Below are positions 31,186-35,464 of a DNA stretch of 35,464 nucleotides, one piece after another (position 1 is the first letter of the stretch; every line of letters starts with the position of its first letter). The notes under the pieces were generated by a model. The model made no database searches and was not told the origin of the DNA. It was given only the letters and a program-made list of their open reading frames with translations. The translations under genes were made by a program, and so were the position numbers. Location: positions 1 to 35,464 of the forward strand of contig UYFQ01000431.1 of assembly GCA_900617105.1 (NCBI GenBank), written 5' to 3'. The stretch is from Hydrurus foetidus. Lineage: Eukaryota.

Positions 31186-34100
31186 TGAAGGATTTTCTAA
31201 TTTTGTTAAAAACGACGGATGTGGCAGTTGAGTCGTCAAAAAACGTTCTTCATCCCCCCTGTGGCCTAGAAGGAATCTAGGCTAAAGATGGTGCGAGGGA
31301 GAATGCTGGTTAACTTACTATGAAACTGAGTGAAGAAGGTGTAGGATTAGTGTATGTGGCTAACCTAGAAGCCTACCCAGAGTCCTACCCAGAGGTCTAC
31401 GGAATCTGGGTAGTCTAGGTTGGAACTGGGACCAAGGTCCCCCAGACGACCACACTACCCCTACTTATTTCAAAAAAGATTTGGCAAGTGTTTGACTAGT
31501 CTAGCGCTTTTAAGAAGAGCATCTAGACTAACGCTTCGAAATGAAGGGTACTAAAAAGAACTTTTGTGAAACTAGTCTAGCGCTTCAGAAGGAAGGGCAG
31601 TTGAAATAAAACATGAAGTATAAAAATAATTTTGTAAAAAAGAAGGTGGAGTGTGGGCTACCCGTGAATGATTATGTCAGATTCTTACTGACTAAACCTC
31701 CAAAAAAAATCAGTTGTGAACTGATTAAAAAAATAGGAGGAATCTTCATAGATAAAGTTCACGGGTGCTCCATGTCAAATGGAGGTTTATCTCGAAATTG
31801 TTTCTGTATTGTTTTAACCATATTATTATCATGAAGATATTTATGTAATAGATCTGTCGTGCGTAGGGATTGCCAAGGTTCCCACGTATTATGAGTTGAG
31901 TCGTAATTCAACCACTTAACATGGAATCTCATTGTGGATGGTTTAGACTTATTTCCAACATGAGAAAGAATGTCTTCAATGAAAAATTCCATGTAATCAC
32001 GACGTGCTGTATCAGTCGGGGATCTTTTAGTCGGATCAAACCTAAATGGCTTTAATTGACCAGCATGAACATCACGGGTTTTGTGAGTGATCAAGTTCAG
32101 TATAGTGTACTGACTTTTATACTTTGAATGGGCCAAGCCATTTACAGTGTAATCTTGTCTCTGGCCCTTTAGGGTTAAGAGCAAGAACATAAGAATCAAT
32201 TTCAAAAATTGTTTCTGGAGTTACATTGACAGCGATATGTAATTTGTCAGCGCTCTTTAAGTGAGTTTCAGCCATGTTGTTGAGCTGTTGTTGTATTAAT
32301 AGCATATCAGCTATAATCTTTGATGCTGAGATCGGCAACTCAGGATTATCTAGAAATTTAGTCAGAATACCTCCATAGAGATTAAGCTGATTTCCGAACA
32401 GCAAACTTGCTGGAGAAGCACCAGTACTTGAGTGTACTGCGCTATTTATGATTCTCTGCACAAAAGGCAGGTAAAGTTTATAAGATTCTAGACTTGCTGA
32501 ATCGAAAGTAAATGCTCTTAAATGGCGAATTACTTCTTTGTTAATTTTTCCACAATTGCATTCTCTTGTTTAAAATATGCCAACGTTATGTTGTGTGGAG
32601 TATTTGTTCGAATTAAAAATTCTTTTACAATCTCATTCATAAAATGAAGACCACGATCTGATCTGATCATGCTTGGTGCTCCAAACCTGCCTAAAATTGG
32701 AGAAGGCATTCGCAAGCGGAATGTGCTGTGTTGTTCAAACACCAGTAAAGTTCTATCCACCGAGTGAATGAACAAACCATTACTAACACATAACCGTTAT
32801 CCGGAAATGGACCAACGTAATCCATATTTACGGTATCGAACGGTCTGTATGTTGACGTTGTATATCTGTGAATACACACAGGAATTTTGATGACACTCAT
32901 CTTCTAGCAACAGGCACAGTTTTGAATGAAGTCTTTGACATGGTGTTCCATGTCAAGCCATTGTTCTTCTAATCCTTTGAGGTGTTCAATGGTTCGTAGT
33001 ACTCCTCCATGTCCCACCATGGAGTTATGAGACATCTCAATTTTTTCAACTTGTGAATCAGACACGGGTATAATTTCGTGTAAAGCTGATACAACTCCCT
33101 CAGCAATGTCTGAAGGAACACTATCTGGCACTGTAGGAACAGGACTTAGGTTGGGGCACAAGCGAGACATTGCATCAGCCAGATGAATATTTGAACCAGC
33201 AATGTATTCAATTGAATAGTCTAATTCTTGTAGCGCTATAGACCAACAGTTCACCATCGTAGATGGGTCTTGACTTAAGAATGTTAAATTCTTATGGTCA
33301 GTAAAAATTTGAAATTTTCTATCTCTTATAAGAGAGTCCAATTGCGTTAGCAATGATATATTGCGTTAGCTTCCTTTTGGATTGTCGACCATTTACATTG
33401 TGTTGCGCTTAGCGACTTACTGACAAATGAAATAGGTTTTAACTCACCATTTACTCTTTGGAAAAGTGTACCTCCAATTCCATAATCGGAAGCGTCAGTA
33501 TATAACTCTACTGGTAATTCTTCATCCATAAAGTGTAGTAATGGGCAACGAGCAACTAGTTCTCGAATTTTAACGAAAGCTTTTTTAGCTTCGGGGGTCC
33601 AAAGAATAGAAGATTTCTTTTTCCCTTTGGGATCAATCATTTGTTGCAGAGGTTTAACGATATCCGAATGAGACGGTACGAAACTTCTGAAATAGTTCGC
33701 CAATCCTAAAAAGCTGCGTAAAGCAGTTAGTGATTTGGGTTTCGGAAAATTTAATACCGACTCAATCTTTTCTTTCGACATAGAAATGCCTTGAGAAGAG
33801 ATTTGGCGACCCACATAGTCAATTTGTTTCATACCAAATCTGCACTTTTTTGCTTTCAGGAATAGACCAAAACAACGAAAACGTCGAAAGACTCGTTCTA
33901 GTCTCTCCAGGAATTCATCATGTCCTCGGGCAAAGACGATACAATCATCTAAGTACATCTCACATTTAGTAAGATGGAGCTCTTTTAGGACCGAAGGGGA
34001 GCCTGGTGAATTGGTATACGCCAGAATAACAAATAAACGCAGTCAAGACTTTGGATGCAGCGTCCATAGGTGCTTGATGGTAGCCTGAGGTTAAATCCAT

Positions 34101-35464
34101 AACCCCGAATGTATCTGGCTTGTAATGGCCGACTCTTTCGAGGAGGGCACGAATATTCGGGAGAGGCCAACTAGATGCCTCAGTGCACTTATTCAGAAGT
34201 CGATAGTCAATACAAAATCTGAATAATTCCGTTGTTTTTTGTACAATTACAGGATGGGAATAGTACACTGCATCTGATTTCTCGATGATCCCTGACAGTA
34301 ACATCTCATCGATGAGCCATTTAATTTCGCGTTCTTTTCGTACGGATTGTAGACGAAAGGCAGTCCTATTTTTCGGACTGTGCCATAATTTTTTATCTGC
34401 ATGGATTTGAAATGGTGGTAGTTTCGCAGGTTTAGCTGGTAGTTTATCACTGAAGATATCTGGATACTTGCGACAGAGGCGTTTCATATCTTCTATCTGG
34501 CTTTGTGTGCCTTCAAAAGTAATCAACGATAAATATTCCTCAAGCTTTACAGGCAAGGTATCTGACTGAGTCTGTTCAGCAACGAATGGTGAAAAAGTAT
34601 CAGCTTTCTCATTATCTATCTCGTCACATACCACTAGGTCTTTCCACTCTAGTCGCTGTCACAGTACTATCTGGCTGTTCACTTATGTGTGCGAGGGTGT
34701 ATGTACGAGTACAAGCAACACCACTATGGGTTGATACATAGTTACAGTCGTCGCGCATAGTTTGTGCCCCAGTGGCGCTAGACTGACATGCACATTCAAC
34801 ATCCAGACAGTTAGCGACTCTGTCTGTGTTTGAAAAGTGAACAGGCAAGGTACCTCCACCAGAATGAGGACATCTCTTATTCTTCTCCGAACTGTCAAAT
34901 TCAGGACAAATACCTTTCACAGTATACAGTAATTCAAGTCTTTTCCTTGAATTAACAATATTTGGCATACCCATTTCAAATGGGGTCAGTGAAAAAAATC
35001 TAATTTTTTCAAAGTTTGTCGGCCCAAAATTAAATCAATCGAATTTGGTATAATTCGTACTGTTAAGTATATCGTTTTAATTACAAGGGAATGGGTCACA
35101 AATGATAACCCAATATCGACAACCTGGTCTCTGACATAACAAGTGTTATCGAGACCAGAACATATAGTTAAAGGTGAAGGAGATGTATATACAAAACTAT
35201 CTCCATGTAACTTATGAACTAATTCCTGACTAACAAAGTCGCCTGGTAGACTATCCGTGTCTAGCAGGACATCTCCCATAACCATCTCATGGCAAGGAGG
35301 ATGGCGGGGGTTGGTATATCCCCTGGCTCTGAGCTGCTTGCAACTTGGCTGATTAATGAAAATCCAAGAAGAAAGGAAATTAGTATCAGTATTAATTTTC
35401 GATACTACTGCAGCTATATAGGATGCCAAGGTTTCATTGTTAACTTGTTTTTTATTTCTGCGTT
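31186..35464 (-). mobile_element. Ty3/gypsy chromovirus-like retrotransposon, decayed; 5' part outside the window
   Basis: PR-RT-RH-IN-chromodomain order on the minus strand. PPT-like AGGGGGGA (31253-31260) followed by TGAAG. Left boundary uncertain. Confidence 0.85.
31759..35429 (-). pseudogene. pol: Gypsy pol: protease, RT, RNase H, integrase, chromodomain; many stops and frameshifts
   Basis: VLLDTDS..DLILGR; FRFCIDYRLLN, MDLTSGYHQ, RLPFG, YLDD; LYTDASDYGIG, FTDHKNL; HNSMVGHGG..CAC, MDYVGPFP, IRSDRG, ENAIVE, WLGPFKV; IEDILSH..FHVKWLNYDSTHNTWEP. Confidence 0.95.

Overview
This is eukaryotic genomic DNA with short GT-AG introns; a stramenopile-like protist is my guess from element types, not something the sequence proves. 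One intact host gene (2247-9421, +, 5 exons, about 1980 aa) encodes an N-terminal membrane anchor, a coiled-coil/F-BAR-like region, an SMP lipid-transfer domain and a C-terminal PH-like domain (TEX2/Nvj2/PDZD8-like). Almost everything else is nested transposable elements. (1) The end of a PIF/Harbinger element with an intact spliced accessory gene (1-2040). (2) A Sola-type DDE transposase relic split by a 7-kb Harbinger composite (10684-17713, TTA target duplication), which itself holds a long-TIR MITE, a second Harbinger with a decayed transposase, and an internal duplication. (3) A pogo/DDE_1 transposase relic. (4) A young full-length Ty1/copia element (22548-30690; 460-bp LTRs; GTGTC TSD) inserted at the very tip of an older related solo LTR. 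(5) A decayed chromodomain-bearing Ty3/gypsy element running off the right end. The copia element is the most unusual part: CCCH zinc finger in Gag, a large extra region with a 30-nt periodic array, an HSDD RT motif, and an in-frame UGA between protease and integrase followed by a perfect hairpin and possible pseudoknot, a candidate programmed readthrough signal.
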